From: an uncultured Planctomycetaceae bacterium
GTDB lineage: Bacteria > Planctomycetota > Planctomycetia > Planctomycetales > Planctomycetaceae
Length of the DNA stretch: 64,000 nt
Reading direction: 5' to 3'
NCBI GenBank assembly: GCA_963815195.1
Contig: CAWFGE010000013.1
Coordinates: 1 to 64,000, forward strand
Both the position numbers and the translations under genes were made by a program. Positions 47,501 through 60,010 of this stretch are shown here, in pieces; position 1 is the first letter of the stretch, and each line of letters starts with the position of its first letter. The notes beneath the pieces were generated by a model that was not told the DNA's origin, did not search any database, and worked only from the letters and a program-made list of their open reading frames with translations.

Positions 47501-50500
47501 GGCAACACCCGGAGTGGAACCGACCCGCTCTGGGACTCGGTCTTTGTGTTCGACGGCTTTCTGAAGGTGGAGAAAGCCGGGACTTACACATTTGAAGTGC
47601 GCTCCGATGATGGATTCGAGTTGAAAATCGACAATCAGATCGTCACGAACTTCACCGGCACGCGCGCCTATGACTCCTCCACCGGCACGTACACGTTTAA
47701 CACAGCGGGGTTCTACCCCATTTCGTTGCTGCATTACGACGACAGCGGGAATTTGGGCATTGAATTCCGCAGCGATCTTACGGCCCCGGCGTCCAACGGG
47801 GATCGGGCGGTTGTTCCCAACAGCTTGCTCTACATGCCCTTGGGTTTGATTTATGAAGTCGTCTCCACGTCCGCGGATGCCGAGGCGGTTGCCCCCTTGG
47901 TCGATGGCAGTGCTTACGGCTTTGTTCCCCTGATTTCCGACAGCGGAACGGCCGACGCGTTTTATTTGCCGCTGCCGAATACCACGCTGGCGCCCAGCGA
48001 CGCGGCGAACGCCACGCAGCATCAGTTGCGAATTCCGGGTAACGATCCCATTCCGGGGTTGACGGACGGGGGACTTTATTACGTGATCGCCGATCCGTCG
48101 CGACCGGGCGTGCTTCAATTGGCGGCCAGCCGGGACGATGCCCGCAACGGCATTGCGATCGACCTGGACCTGACGCCCTCGATTCAATTGTCGCCAGAGG
48201 CCCACAAGACGGACGCCGACAGCGCGGGATTCACGGTCGTGGATTCGCTCGGCGGAAATGTCTCGGTCGCGGCCGCGGGCGACTTCAATGGAGATCGCCT
48301 GAGAGACATGCTGGTGACCGCCTCTTCTGGGACGTACATCGTTTTCGGGCAAGCGGTGGAAACGGGCACGGTCATCGACCTGGCCACGCTGGATCCCGCG
48401 ACCGGCGTCCGTCTGGATCTTGGGGGTAACCAGTTTCAAAGCGCAGGCGACGTGAACGGCGATGGCGTCGAGGACCTGCTCATCGGCGATGCGGCAAACA
48501 ATCGGGTTGACGTGGTGTATGGTTCGGCCAAGATATTTCCCGCGACCATTGCAACGGCCGATGTCGTCATCACGGGCCAGACCGGCGACGCGATTGGAAG
48601 CGCGCTCGCCGCGGCCGACGTCAACGGCGACGGCGTGGATGATTTGATTCTCGGAGCGGCGGATAACCAGCGGAGCTATGTGGTGTTCGGCTCCGCCGGT
48701 TTTGGATTGAGCGGTTCGATCAGCCTGGGCGTGCTCGCGGGAGATGGTGATGGGCTTCAAGGGGCGTTCTATGACACCGGAACCTACCAAACTCTGGATC
48801 AAGCCGAACTGACGGCATCGCGGACGACCCCGGATGTCGTGTTTACGTCCACCGCCCTCAATTACCCCGCGACTGGGGACGCCGTGAGTGATTCGGTCGG
48901 TCTCAAAACTTTTTTGGGCGCGGATGCCCCGGCGAACGCTCCGAGTACCAACCTGACCGGATCGGTATTAACCTACGGGGGCTTTCTCAAAGTGCCTCAA
49001 GCGGGAACATACACTTTTGAAGCCCATGCCGATGACGGGTTCCGCCTGCGGATCGGCAGTCAAATTGTCATTGACGACACATCGGTCGGCGGTTTCGCCA
49101 GCGGGGCCGCCTCGGGAGTCGTCACTTTCGACCGGGCGGGATTGGTTCCGATCGAATTCACGCATTGGGAGTACACGGGAAACACGGGCGTCTTACTGGA
49201 AAGCAACCTCACCGGCACGATGGAGGTCATTCCGCAAGAGTTGCTCTACTCGGTGGGCGGCTATGTGATCCAAGGCGGAACGGGCAATTTCGGAGCCGCC
49301 GTGTCCGATGCCGGCGACGTGAACGGCGACGGCGTTGAGGACATATTGATCGGAGACCCTGCAAACAATGAGGCCTTCCTCGTGTTGGGGACTTCGAACG
49401 ATCGCGGCCTGAGTCTCGATGCAAGCCGACTGGACGGCCGAAACGGTACGGTGCTCGCGGGACCATCCGGCGTCGGGCAGATGTTGGATGCCGCGGGAGA
49501 CGTGAACGGCGACGGCTACGCGGATGTTCTTCTGGGGCTTCCCGATCGAAACGAGGCCTTTGTCGTCTTCGGCTCGGAACGGTTTGCCCCGAGCATCGAC
49601 CTTCAGGACCTCACGGCGGGCGTCGGATTCGAGATCGATGGTCTCAGCAGCGATGTCGAATTGGGGACGGCTGTGACGGGATTGGGCGACATCAACCGCG
49701 ACGGGATCGACGATTTCGCCATCGCCAGTCCAAAGTCCGGAAACAATCTTCACGGCCATCTGTACGTCATCTTCGGTTCGCCGACATTGTCCGAAGCCTC
49801 GAGTTTCGACCTGGCGACCTTGGATGGGATCAACGGCTATCAACGTTCCGGATCGGCCGATAATATCCAGCTCGGCGGATCACTGGCCGGCCCGGGCGAT
49901 GTCAACGGCGACGGCGTGCGGGACGTGCTCGTGGGCGAAAACGGTCAGGCGAGGCTGCTGTTCGGATCGCCGGACGTTTTTGAGTTCAAATCGGTCGATC
50001 CGGAAGCGGAGACCGTGACGTTCACCACCGCGACCGGACTCGAAACCGGTGACGCGTTCATCTACACCGGCGCGGAAGGCGCCCGACGTGGGCGGACTCA
50101 CTTCGAATACCTTGTACTACGCCATCGTTTCGGGAAACAGCGAGGTCCTTCAGTTTGCCCTCTCGGCGGACGACGCGGCGGCTGGGGCGGCGATCGATCT
50201 CGATCTCTCCCCGCGGTTCTTGGTGGACGGGGGCACGGGAACTTTGGCCGACAGCGGACAGATCGTCGGAGCGGGGGCCACGGGCGAAGTGGCGCTGGGC
50301 GATGTGGACGGCGATGGCGATGTGGATGTGCTGGCGACCAAGGTGGCGGGGACCAATCGTTTGTTCCTCAACCAAGGGGGATCTCAAGGCGGAGTGGAAG
50401 GCGTGTTTCTCGATAGCGGCCAATCCATTGGGAGCGACGGCGAGGCCGTGAAGCTCGGAGATATTGACGGCGATGGCGACCTGGATGCGATCATCAGTGG

Positions 50501-53500
50501 GAACGAAACTCGGGTTTACGTGAACCAGGGCGGCATCCAAGGCGGCCAGCCCGGGGTCTTTCTGGACGCGGGCCAAACCTTGGGAAGCAACACGTTCGTG
50601 GAAGGCTTGGGGGACGTGGACGGCGACGGCGATCTGGACGCGTTTCTCGTCGGAGGCGACACCTTCGTGTTCCTCAATCAAGGCGGCGCCCAAGGCGGGC
50701 AAGCCGGCGTCTTCCTCGATAGCGGACAACGGCTCGGCGACGGGGATAGTTTTGCCGTCGGCTTGGGAGATCTGGACAACGACGGCGATCTGGATGCCTT
50801 TGTGGTCAATGCAGATGGCCAAAATCAGGTCTTCCTCAATCAAGGGGGCTTGCAGGGTGGAGAAGCCGGCATCTTTGTCGATAGCGGCCAACTTTTGGGA
50901 CCGGCGACCGGTAGCTCCAGCGTTGCCTTGGGGGATGTGGACGGCGACGGAGATCTGGATGCCGTGCTCGGGGCCGAATCCGGACCGGCCTTGGTGCTCT
51001 TGAACCAGACCAACGCCGGCAACCCGGCCCTTTTCGTGGACAGCGGCCAAACCCTGGGCAATGCGAGCTTTGACGTGTCCCTCGGCGATCTCGATGAAGA
51101 TGGATTCCTCGATCTCATCGTGGCCGGTTCCGGCAGTTCCGGCTTTGTTTCCGTGTTCCTCAATGACGGGGCGAATCAGGCCGGGCAATTCATCGCCACC
51201 GGCCAGACGCTGGGATCGGAGCAAAGCCTCTCGGTGAACTTGTGCGATCTGGATGGAGACGGGCACTTGGACGCCTATGTGGGGACATTGGCGCTCAATC
51301 CAAACAACTCCGGAGATCGTATTCTGCTGGGCCGGCCGAGCGCCTGGACGTCCAATGTGGATGAGGTGGCCGATACGTTTACGTTCGACGACGGCGCACC
51401 GCGGGTGACGGGCGGAGCGCCTGTGACCTATCAGGCCGCTTGGGGAACGCCGCTTATCGGTTTGAAAGATGGCGAAACGTACTTTGCCATCACGTCCGAC
51501 AGCCTCCCCGCCGACACCATTCGCATCAGCCCAACTCAGACGGGGGCTCTCACCAGCGACGGCCAAAGCAATCTGGTCCGATTTCATATCGGCTCGATGA
51601 CGCCGGGGGGGACGCATTATCTGGGGATCGAAGGTCTGGGGATCACGCAGCCGGGATCCGACCTTATCGTGGGGTCGCAAGGAACGTTCGACCCGACGGA
51701 GTTGGACGGCGAAGACGGGTTTTCCGTCAGCGGCGTCGACGACAATGAGCAAGTGGGTTCGATCGTCACCGGCGTTGGCGATCTGGACGGCGACGGTTAC
51801 AACGATTTCGTCGTCGTCGGCCAGACGCCTTATCTTGTCTACGGTTTCGACGATCCGGGAACGGGAGACTATCCCATCAATGATCCAAAGCTCGGCGGCG
51901 TGCCGATTGGGGTCGGCGGCCAGATCGTGGGCCGAGTCGGCGACTTGAACGGCGATGGTTATGACGATCTGGTCATTGGCGATCCGTCGGCCAACTCCGG
52001 GGCCGGGATGGTGTCGATCGTTTTGGGTTCAAGCGAACGCTTCACCGGCTCGATCGATCTGCCCGATAGCGTTGTGTTGGGCGAGAACGAGGGAGATCAA
52101 TTCGGGGCCTCCCTGGTCGGCGCAAATCTCAACAACGACCGCTTTGACGATCTTGTCGTCGGCGCTCCGGGAGCGGAAGGCGGTGACGGCAAAGCCTATG
52201 TCCTCTTCGGCGGTGAAAACCGAATCGGTCACGGCCTGACCGGCGCTTATTTTCATTCGGGATCGCTTCAGGATGCGGATGAGGCGGCTCAATACATCGC
52301 CGATAACGCGCCGGACGCAACCTTTGTTTCTTCTCAACTCAATTATCCACGCACCAGCGATACGCTGAATGACGCCAACAGGCTTTCGACATACCTCGAC
52401 AGCGACGCGAGCACATTGGTGGGCACCGACGCCCGGAGCCTCAATGCCTCGACATTCTCCTATGACGGCTTTTTGGTTGTCGAAACGGCGGGCACGTATC
52501 AGTTCGAACTCGGTGCCGATGATGGAGCGCGGCTGATCATCGACGGCGAAATTGTCGCTGATAAAACGAAAGGCGCCTTCGGCACGACCGCCCACGATTA
52601 CACGTTTGACCAACCCGGCTTATACCCGATCTCCGTCGTGCATTTCGAGGATGGAGGGAACACGGGAGTCGATATCAAAAGCGACCTCGGCGGCAGCCTG
52701 GAGCCTTTAACGACAGAGTTCCTCCGCACGGTCGCCTGGGATCTGAGTGAACTCGACGGCACAACGGGATTCGTGCTTGATGGAGCGGGAACCGATGCGG
52801 CCTTGGGCGCGGCAGTGGGGGCGGCGGGCGATATTAATAGTGATACGATCGCGGACGTGATCGTCGGCGCGCCGGGAACCGCCGCGGCCTATGTGCTCTT
52901 CGGCAGTACCAGCCCTTACACGGAATCGCTCGACGTGGCCACATTCACCGGCAATGGCTCCGGCGTCACGCTCGAGGGCGACTTAAACAGTCAAACGGGC
53001 TTTTCGGTGAATGGTGCGGGCGACATCAACGGCGATGGCCTCGACGATGTCATCATTGGAGCGCCCGCCGCGTCCCCCGACGGCCGCGCGGAAGCGGGGC
53101 AAGCTTTTATCGTTTTCGGGTCGGCAAAGGCCTTCCCGAGCTCGGTCGACTTGACGATGCTCGACGGCACGATCGGGTTCGTGTTGAATGGCGGGGCGGC
53201 GGGCGATCGTGCGGGCACATCGGTCGCCGGCGTCGGCGACATCAATGGGGATAGCATTGACGATGTCCTCATCGGATCCCCCTTTGCCAATTTCGATGGC
53301 CGGGAGAACGTCGGGGTCGCCTATCTTTTGTTTGGCGGCCAGAACATCGGCCAACAGTCGGGCCAGATTCTGACGGCCCTGGGAAGCGCAGCGCTGGCGA
53401 TGACCGGATCAGACGACGATGGCCACTTGGGCATGGCCCTGTCGGCCTTGGGCGATATTAATGGGGACACCGCACCGGATTTGATCGTCGGCGCGCGGGG

Positions 53501-56500
53501 GCTTCCGCGGATCGCGGTCTCGCCTTCGTGACGTTCGGGATCGATCCCAACGCGAAACACATTCTGATTGCCGACTTGACGAAACCGGCATCCACCGGAG
53601 TCCAAGAGTTTCTACAGGACGCGAAGACGCTCTCCCCCACCCCGCTGACTGGGATGCCACACGTTTCCGCTTGGGGATCCTCCGGAGCTTTGATCGGCGG
53701 GGAAGGATCGCATATCTTCGCCACCATCAAACCCACGGTCCGGGCCTTCATCGGTGATCCCGATAATTCGGGAACCGCCACGACGGCAAACGTCACGGCC
53801 GGAGACGAGGTTTATATCCAGTCCGTATCGGCGACGGATGTGAAGGCCGACGTGACCGGGTTTTTGTTTACGGCCATCGGCGGCGGCAACGCGGTCAGTA
53901 CCGTCGATCTTGGCGGGCAATCGAACGCCTACGTCGGCAAGGACGCCCGAGTGTTCGCCCAGGGGGGGGACTTCACCCTGTTGGCCCAGTCGAACGACAC
54001 GGTGGACGCCAGCTCGACCGCGATTTCCGGGGGCGTTGTCGATGTGTTCGAAGCGAAAACGTTCCCCACGCTGGCGAGCACAACCACCGCCTTCGTCGGC
54101 CCGAGTTCGGTAATCACCGCTGAGGGCGATGTGTACGTTGAAGCGACGAAAGCCACGAATCTCTCGGCCACGTCCAGCAGTGTGGCCGGCGGAGTCCTTG
54201 TCACGCCCCAATCCATCGTAGAGGCCAGCGTGGGCAACAGTGGCGATACGATCCTGGCGTTTGTCTCGGGCGGTTCGCAGGTCACAAGCCAGCATGGCAC
54301 GAAGGGCATTGTCGTGACGGCCTCGAATTCCCCGCAAGATGTGCTTGACGTGAAGGCCACGGGCCGGAGTTACGGTTTATTCACAGGACAGAAGGCCAGT
54401 GCCGGCCTCACCCTCAATGAGCAGACCCGCGTCAAGACCGAGGGGACATACAGCGGAAGCGAATTGACCGTGACATCGACGTTGGCGTGGGACAAGGTCT
54501 CTGTCACCTCGGATTCCCGGGCGGAGTGTATTGGGCGTGGCCTATGCCGACTCCACGCTGGACGGAACGATCAACACCGTGGTCGATCAAGACTCCACGG
54601 GGATTTCGAATGTGCATGAAGTGCATTCGACCCAGGACTTGAAGAACGGCACAAATGGAACGCCGGCCACCGTGCAAAAGACGACACAGAACACATTCCT
54701 GTTTATTGGACTGACCAAACCCAAGACCGTCAGCGGGGCAAACAATATCAACGTACTGCCTGCTCCCGCGACAGCGAGTCCGCAGATTCTCGGCGTCGGC
54801 AGCGATGCCACGGAATTGAACCTGGCCGAAGAAGGCGATGTGGTCACGCTCTCGGCCACGTTTACGGATGACCTCACCGAAACGCATACCGCGGTGGTGG
54901 ATTGGGGCGACGGAAGTATTCCCACCCCAGCGATAATCGCGCAGGACGGTGACCATTTTGCCGTCGAGGCCACGCACATCTATCACAACGGAGGCATCTA
55001 TCCCATCACGCTGACGGTGACGGATGAATTTGGATTGGTGGACACCGCATCCACAACCGCGCACGTGACGGGCGTGGGCGTTGTCAACGGCGTGCTGTAT
55101 GTCATTGGCTCGCCAGGCAACGATACCGTGGAGATCACCGACCTCTTCGGCGTGCCCCAGGTCGTGACCAATTTCGCCGACGACTTCCAACCCGCGGTTA
55201 TCGTGAATGACATCTTAGTCGAGTTGTTCGGCGGAGACGATACCGCCTTTGTCTCGAGCGCAATCACGGCCAGAGTCGCGATCGACGGCGGCGACGGGAC
55301 CGACGCGTTTTCCAGCGATGCATCGCTGATCGTCGGATCGGCCGGTCATGTCCGCGTCGCCGGGACGGAGATTGTGGGCACCGGTTTTGAATTCCTCGGC
55401 GGCGTGACGGAGATCGATGGCAGCGACGAAGCCGACACAATCTCTCTCTTCAACGATCGCGTCGTCGTGAACGGCACCACCGTGAATTTGTCCGATGCGT
55501 CTGACCTGACGATCCGCCCCGGCGCAGGCGACGATCAGGTTGACTTCTTCGTGGACGGCGACTCCGCAGCCTCGGCCCCCCGAACGATGACGGTTGTGGA
55601 GACCGACGGCGACGACACCTATGCCTTCAACGCCTCAAACCTGGAGATCGCGATTCAGGACGATGCGGGAGTCGATACGCTCGACTTCTCGCAACTCCCC
55701 TCGGCGATTGAAATTTCGCTGTTGCTCGACGGCGGCGAACCGCAAAACATCGGGTCGGCCAACGTCGGACTGAGCTTGACGGGCACGTTCGAAGAAGTAA
55801 TCGGCACCAGCGCCGACGATGTGATCACCGGCGACGATGCCGATAATATCCTCATCGGTGGCGACGGCGACGACAGGCTTTCGGGCGGGTTCGGCAACGA
55901 TGTTCTCGACGGTGGTGCCGGCGACGACCTGCTGCAAGGCGGCTGGGGCGATGACAAACTCTTTGGCGGGGCGGGCGATGATTTGCTCGAAGGAGAACGC
56001 GGCAACGACATTCTCGTCGGAAACGAAGGCGACGACGTCCTGGAGGGGAGTTTCGGGAGAGATCTCCTTATTGGCGGTCTGGGCGACGACTTTGCCTTCG
56101 GCGGCACAGGCGATGATATTCTCATCGGCGGCTCCACCGCATACGACGAAGAAATTGCCAATCTGATGTTGCTCATTGCGGAGTGGACCTCGCCGAGAAC
56201 GTACATTGAGCGACTGGCCGATCTCCGATACGGCGGCGGGGAATTTCTGGCGGGGACCGGTGTCGCGTTGTCCGCGACGGGCGACTCGCAGACCGTGTTC
56301 GACGACGGCGTCATCGATGAACTCACCGGAAATAGCGGGCAAGACTGGTTCTTTGCCGACAAACTGACCGATCAGATCACGGACCGGGCGAATAATGAAC
56401 TCTTAGATTCGATCTTCCCTGCCGGCGAGGCGGACGTGCAAATCTTCGCTGTCGGAAGCGGGCCGGGGATGGCATCGACCGTCAAGGTGTACCGTTCCCA

Positions 56501-57671
56501 GTCCGGCGAACTGGTCCGCCAGTTTTCGCCCTACGGCGGTTTTCTCGGCGGGGTGCGGGTTGCCACCGCGGACGTTGACGGCGACGGCGTGGCGGACATC
56601 ATCACGGGCGCCGGTCCCGGCGGCGGACCGCACGTCAAAGTCTACGATGGAGTCACGGGCGCGGAAATTCGCAGTTTCATGGCGTTCGACCCGGGTTTCA
56701 CAGGGGGCGTATTCGTCGCCGCCGCGGATCTCGATCGCGATCTAAGGGCGGAGATCGTCGTGGGAGCCGATGCCGGCGGAGGCCCGCATGTTCGCGTTTT
56801 CCTGGGCGTTGACAATTCCGAGTTGTTCAGCTTTTTCGCCTATGATCCCGGTTTCAAGGGAGGCGTCCGCGTCGCGGCGGGCGACATCACGGGCGATGGC
56901 ATACCGGACATCATCACCGCGGCCGGTCCCGGCGGCGGACCCCATGTGCGGGTCTTCGATGGAGCGACTCCCCAACTCGGCGGATTGGGAATCGACATCG
57001 GCGGTCCTCGGGGAAGTTTCTACGCCTATGATCCCGCATTCACCGGCGGCGTGTTCGTCGCGGCGGGCGATGTCAATGGAGATTCCCAGATCGACCTCAT
57101 CACCGGGGCGGGAGCGGGCGGGGGTCCGCATGTCCGCGTGATTGACGGCGGCACGGGTTCGCAACTCGCCGGCCCCATCGGCAGTTTCATGGCCTACGAT
57201 GTCGGCTTCACGGGCGGCGTGCAGGTTGCCTTTGGTGATGTGGACGGCGACGGCCATCCAGAGATTATCACGGCCGCCGGCCCTGGCGGCGGTCCCCATG
57301 TGAAGGTTTTCAACGGGGAGAGCCCCGACACTCAGCCTCGAGAAGTTCGCAGTTTCTTCGCCTTTAATGCCGACTTCACCGGCGGCATATTCGTCGCCGC
57401 CGGCACGATTCAAGAGAGTCCCTTTTCGTCATGGCAAGTCAGCGACAATCTTGATTCGGCTCAGGATGCATTGCCCGCTCCCGGCGAATCGCAGTTGGGG
57501 TTGATCATCCCGGACGAGACAGCGGCCGGCAATGATTCGCTCGTTGACCCCGCTCCAATTGCCGATGACGAACTCGTAAGCATGGAACCCGACCACCCCC
57601 GATTATCCGATCCAAAGATCTTGGATCTGCTTTTTTCCGACGAAGACCTGTTGGAAGCTGTCTTCGCTTAG
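32589..57671 (+). CDS. Giant (~8,350 aa) secreted adhesin-like protein with LEPRxLL-type export motif, FG-GAP propellers, 4 PA14 domains, hemagglutinin-like beta-helix, PKD and RTX repeats; split by ~8 frameshifts
   Basis: The consecutive overlapping ORFs 32469, 35461, 37871, 40924, 44217, 45728, 50049, 53528 and 54531 continue the same repeat types across each junction. Motifs include ELEDRTLLS near the start, GDVNGDGVDDLIVGAP, SDDGF, VDWGDG, GGxGDDxL and GPGGGPHVKV. The start codon is uncertain. Confidence 0.85.
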
Positions 57672-57759
57672 ATCATCCGTTCGGGGGTGCAGCACCTCGT
57701 CCGCCGAGATCCAGCTCCCATTCGGCGATTCTCGATGACGCGACGGGCCGTCAACGGAT

Positions 57760-58837
57760 TCATTCCGCCAGAAGAACTTCGATTTTCTTGCGCATGTATT
57801 TCTCGCCGTCATTGCCGTTCCACTTCAGTTCGCCAGCCCAGTGTTCGCGGAAGTAGCCTTCCTTGTCGATCAGATACACGCTGGGCCACATCGAGTTGCC
57901 CCAGGCGTTCCAGTTGGCCTTCTTGCCGTCGATGAGAATCGGAAAGCCGAACTTCGGCTTCGGCGGCTTTGCGGCGGACGGAAGCGCTGTTCTGTTCGGC
58001 GTTCGTCTCGGGGGTGTGGATGCCGACGATGACCACGTCTTTGTCCTTGAAGCGCTCGCTCCACTCGCGATACCAGGGATAGTTGTGAATGCAGTTGATA
58101 CAGCCGAAGGCGTAGAAGTGGACGACGACCACTTTGCCGCGGAGCTGCTCCAGCGAGAGCGGAGGCGGAATTGATCCACTCACCGGTGCCGACAAAGTCG
58201 GGAGCCCGAAAGTCGCGGCTGACTGATATTCAAGCCGGCGAATGGCTTGCCCATCATTTCGTCAGAGCGGCTCGCTGGGAGGGCCTTAAGACGCCGAGGA
58301 GTTTTTTCTGCTGGTCAGCCAGAAGGTTGTCGTACTCTTTCTGGCCAACTGGCGATCCTTGCCTCCATCATGTACGCTGCTTTGTGGAGAGCCGCGACGG
58401 CATCTCTGGTTTCGTTGTTGATCGTCTCGATCTTCGCCTTCTGCACGTTTGAGTAATCCAGCCGATCGGCGACCTCTTTGTGCAGCAGCGCTTCGCTGCC
58501 CCAGACGCTGCAACACCAGCTCGGAGTAACGCTGCAGCTGTTCCGGTTCGAGCAGATTCTGCAGTTTCTCGCGTGCTTCAGCCGTGATCTTCGTGGCCCC
58601 GGCAACGGCGGCTTCGCGCGATTGGTTTCGCAGCGGAAGGAACCGCAGGTCAAGGTCGTCTCGCATGGCATGAAACGACTTTCCCTGTGCGGGGCTCAAA
58701 TTCAATTCCGCAATCGCGGCAGGCTCGTGTAGAAGAGTCCAGAACGGATCGTTCCAGGGTTCCGTTTCAGCCCCGCGGGCTCCAACAATTCCGAACCCGA
58801 GCAGGCAGAAAGCTGACAAGACCATGACGTAACGCAT
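57760..58837 (-). CDS. Exported redoxin (TlpA/AhpC-TSA-like) with N-terminal helical domain; several frameshifts
   Basis: Signal peptide, then LRGKVVVVHFYAFGCINCIHN (CxxC), VGIHTPE and WPSVYLIDKEG spread across overlapping ORFs. Confidence 0.8.
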
Positions 58838-58923
58838 ATTTCACCTCTGTGAGAGTTGTAAGTGAAGTCTGCACTCCATATCGGCCCGGGAGACCTAAAT
58901 CACCGTGTGCGATTGTGCGCGGG

Positions 58924-59185
58924 TTGAGGAACGGGCTGATGGAATACTCCGGATCGCGGGGACAAACCAAAGGATGCAAGTGCTCCGGCATGATGGCGTA
59001 GGCCCACAGGTCAAACCGGTGTTTCTCACAAGCACGTTGAAGCCCTCGATCATCCATCCCCGACTTCGATCTTTTGACAGAAAGGGTTGCCCGCGAAAGC
59101 AAGAAAACGTCAAAGCGTGGGCGTGGCCCGGTTCATCAATCCGGTGACAAGTCTTACGATGTTTGCTCCGATTTGCAACGGCCAT
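58924..59185 (-). pseudogene. 5' half of a RAYT (REP-associated Y1/HUH transposase); duplicate of 63482-63726
   Basis: About 245 nt nearly identical to the right copy (3 mismatches seen), truncated after ISPFL. Confidence 0.9.
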
Positions 59186-59228
59186 CTCAACTCCGCTTGC
59201 CACCACGGCCGTTTTACCATTCGGAGCA

Positions 59229-59356
59229 CATGCTCATGCAAAGCCATGAGCATGCCACCCCGCCGCAGCGCCCATCTCAACTCCCCCAGGTCAACTGGGC
59301 CGTTTCACCATTCGGAGAACATGCTCATGCAAAGCCATGAGCATGCCACCCCGCCG
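59229..59356. repeat. Two REP units (CATGCTCATGCAAAGCCATGAGCATGCCACCCCGCCG) within a ~91-bp tandem duplication
   Basis: Copies at 59229-59265 and 59320-59356, each with a 10-bp stem CATGCTCATG/CATGAGCATG. Confidence 0.9.
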
Positions 59357-60010
59357 GGAAATTAAGGGGGTTGCCTAAAATTCTAGGGTATATCGCTGGT
59401 CGATGAGAACAAGCCCCTGAGCCGGTTGGCTGCTCAGGAGCATCGATTAAAGCAGCACTCTCGTAAAGGTCAATGAAACCTAACCCTAGAGAAGATGCGA
59501 ATGGAAAATCATGTTGCGGCCTTTGATCTCCTCTCTTCGACCATTTCTTCGATCATCTCGATCAACTTTTTCCATTCCACTGCAATCTTGTTTTGCAAGG
59601 CTTGGTGAGCAGCCTCGCAACTGTTGTTGATCTGCTCGTCGGTCATTTCGCTGATCGCCGTCCGAAAGCCAGAACCTTTTCCCCAACGCCCCTCACATCG
59701 ATTCCAAAATGTCTGGTCCTTTTCTAACGTCTTCCGAAAAGCCGTTTGGCTCGAATCCAGCATACTCTTGGCTCCCTTTTCAACGGCCACTTCAACTCTT
59801 GTGTTGACCCTTTCAAGAAAGGGCTTCGCTGGAGCGTTAGCGGCATTAGTCATAAGATTGTGCAGAAGGACTTGGAGTTCACCGATTCTGCTTTTGATTT
59901 GGCTCACTGCTAAGTGTTGGCCTCCTTTAGCCAGATGGTGATAGTAATCCAAATCAGGGTAATTCCCATTTCTCCGAACCGAAGCCCATATTTTGGCAGG
60001 ATACTGTATC

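Noticed and set aside
35725..51752. Long minus-strand ORFs (35725..38172, 41281..43965, 47105..48802, 50058..51752)
   Set aside because: They are antisense shadows of the GC-rich giant gene with no recognisable motifs.
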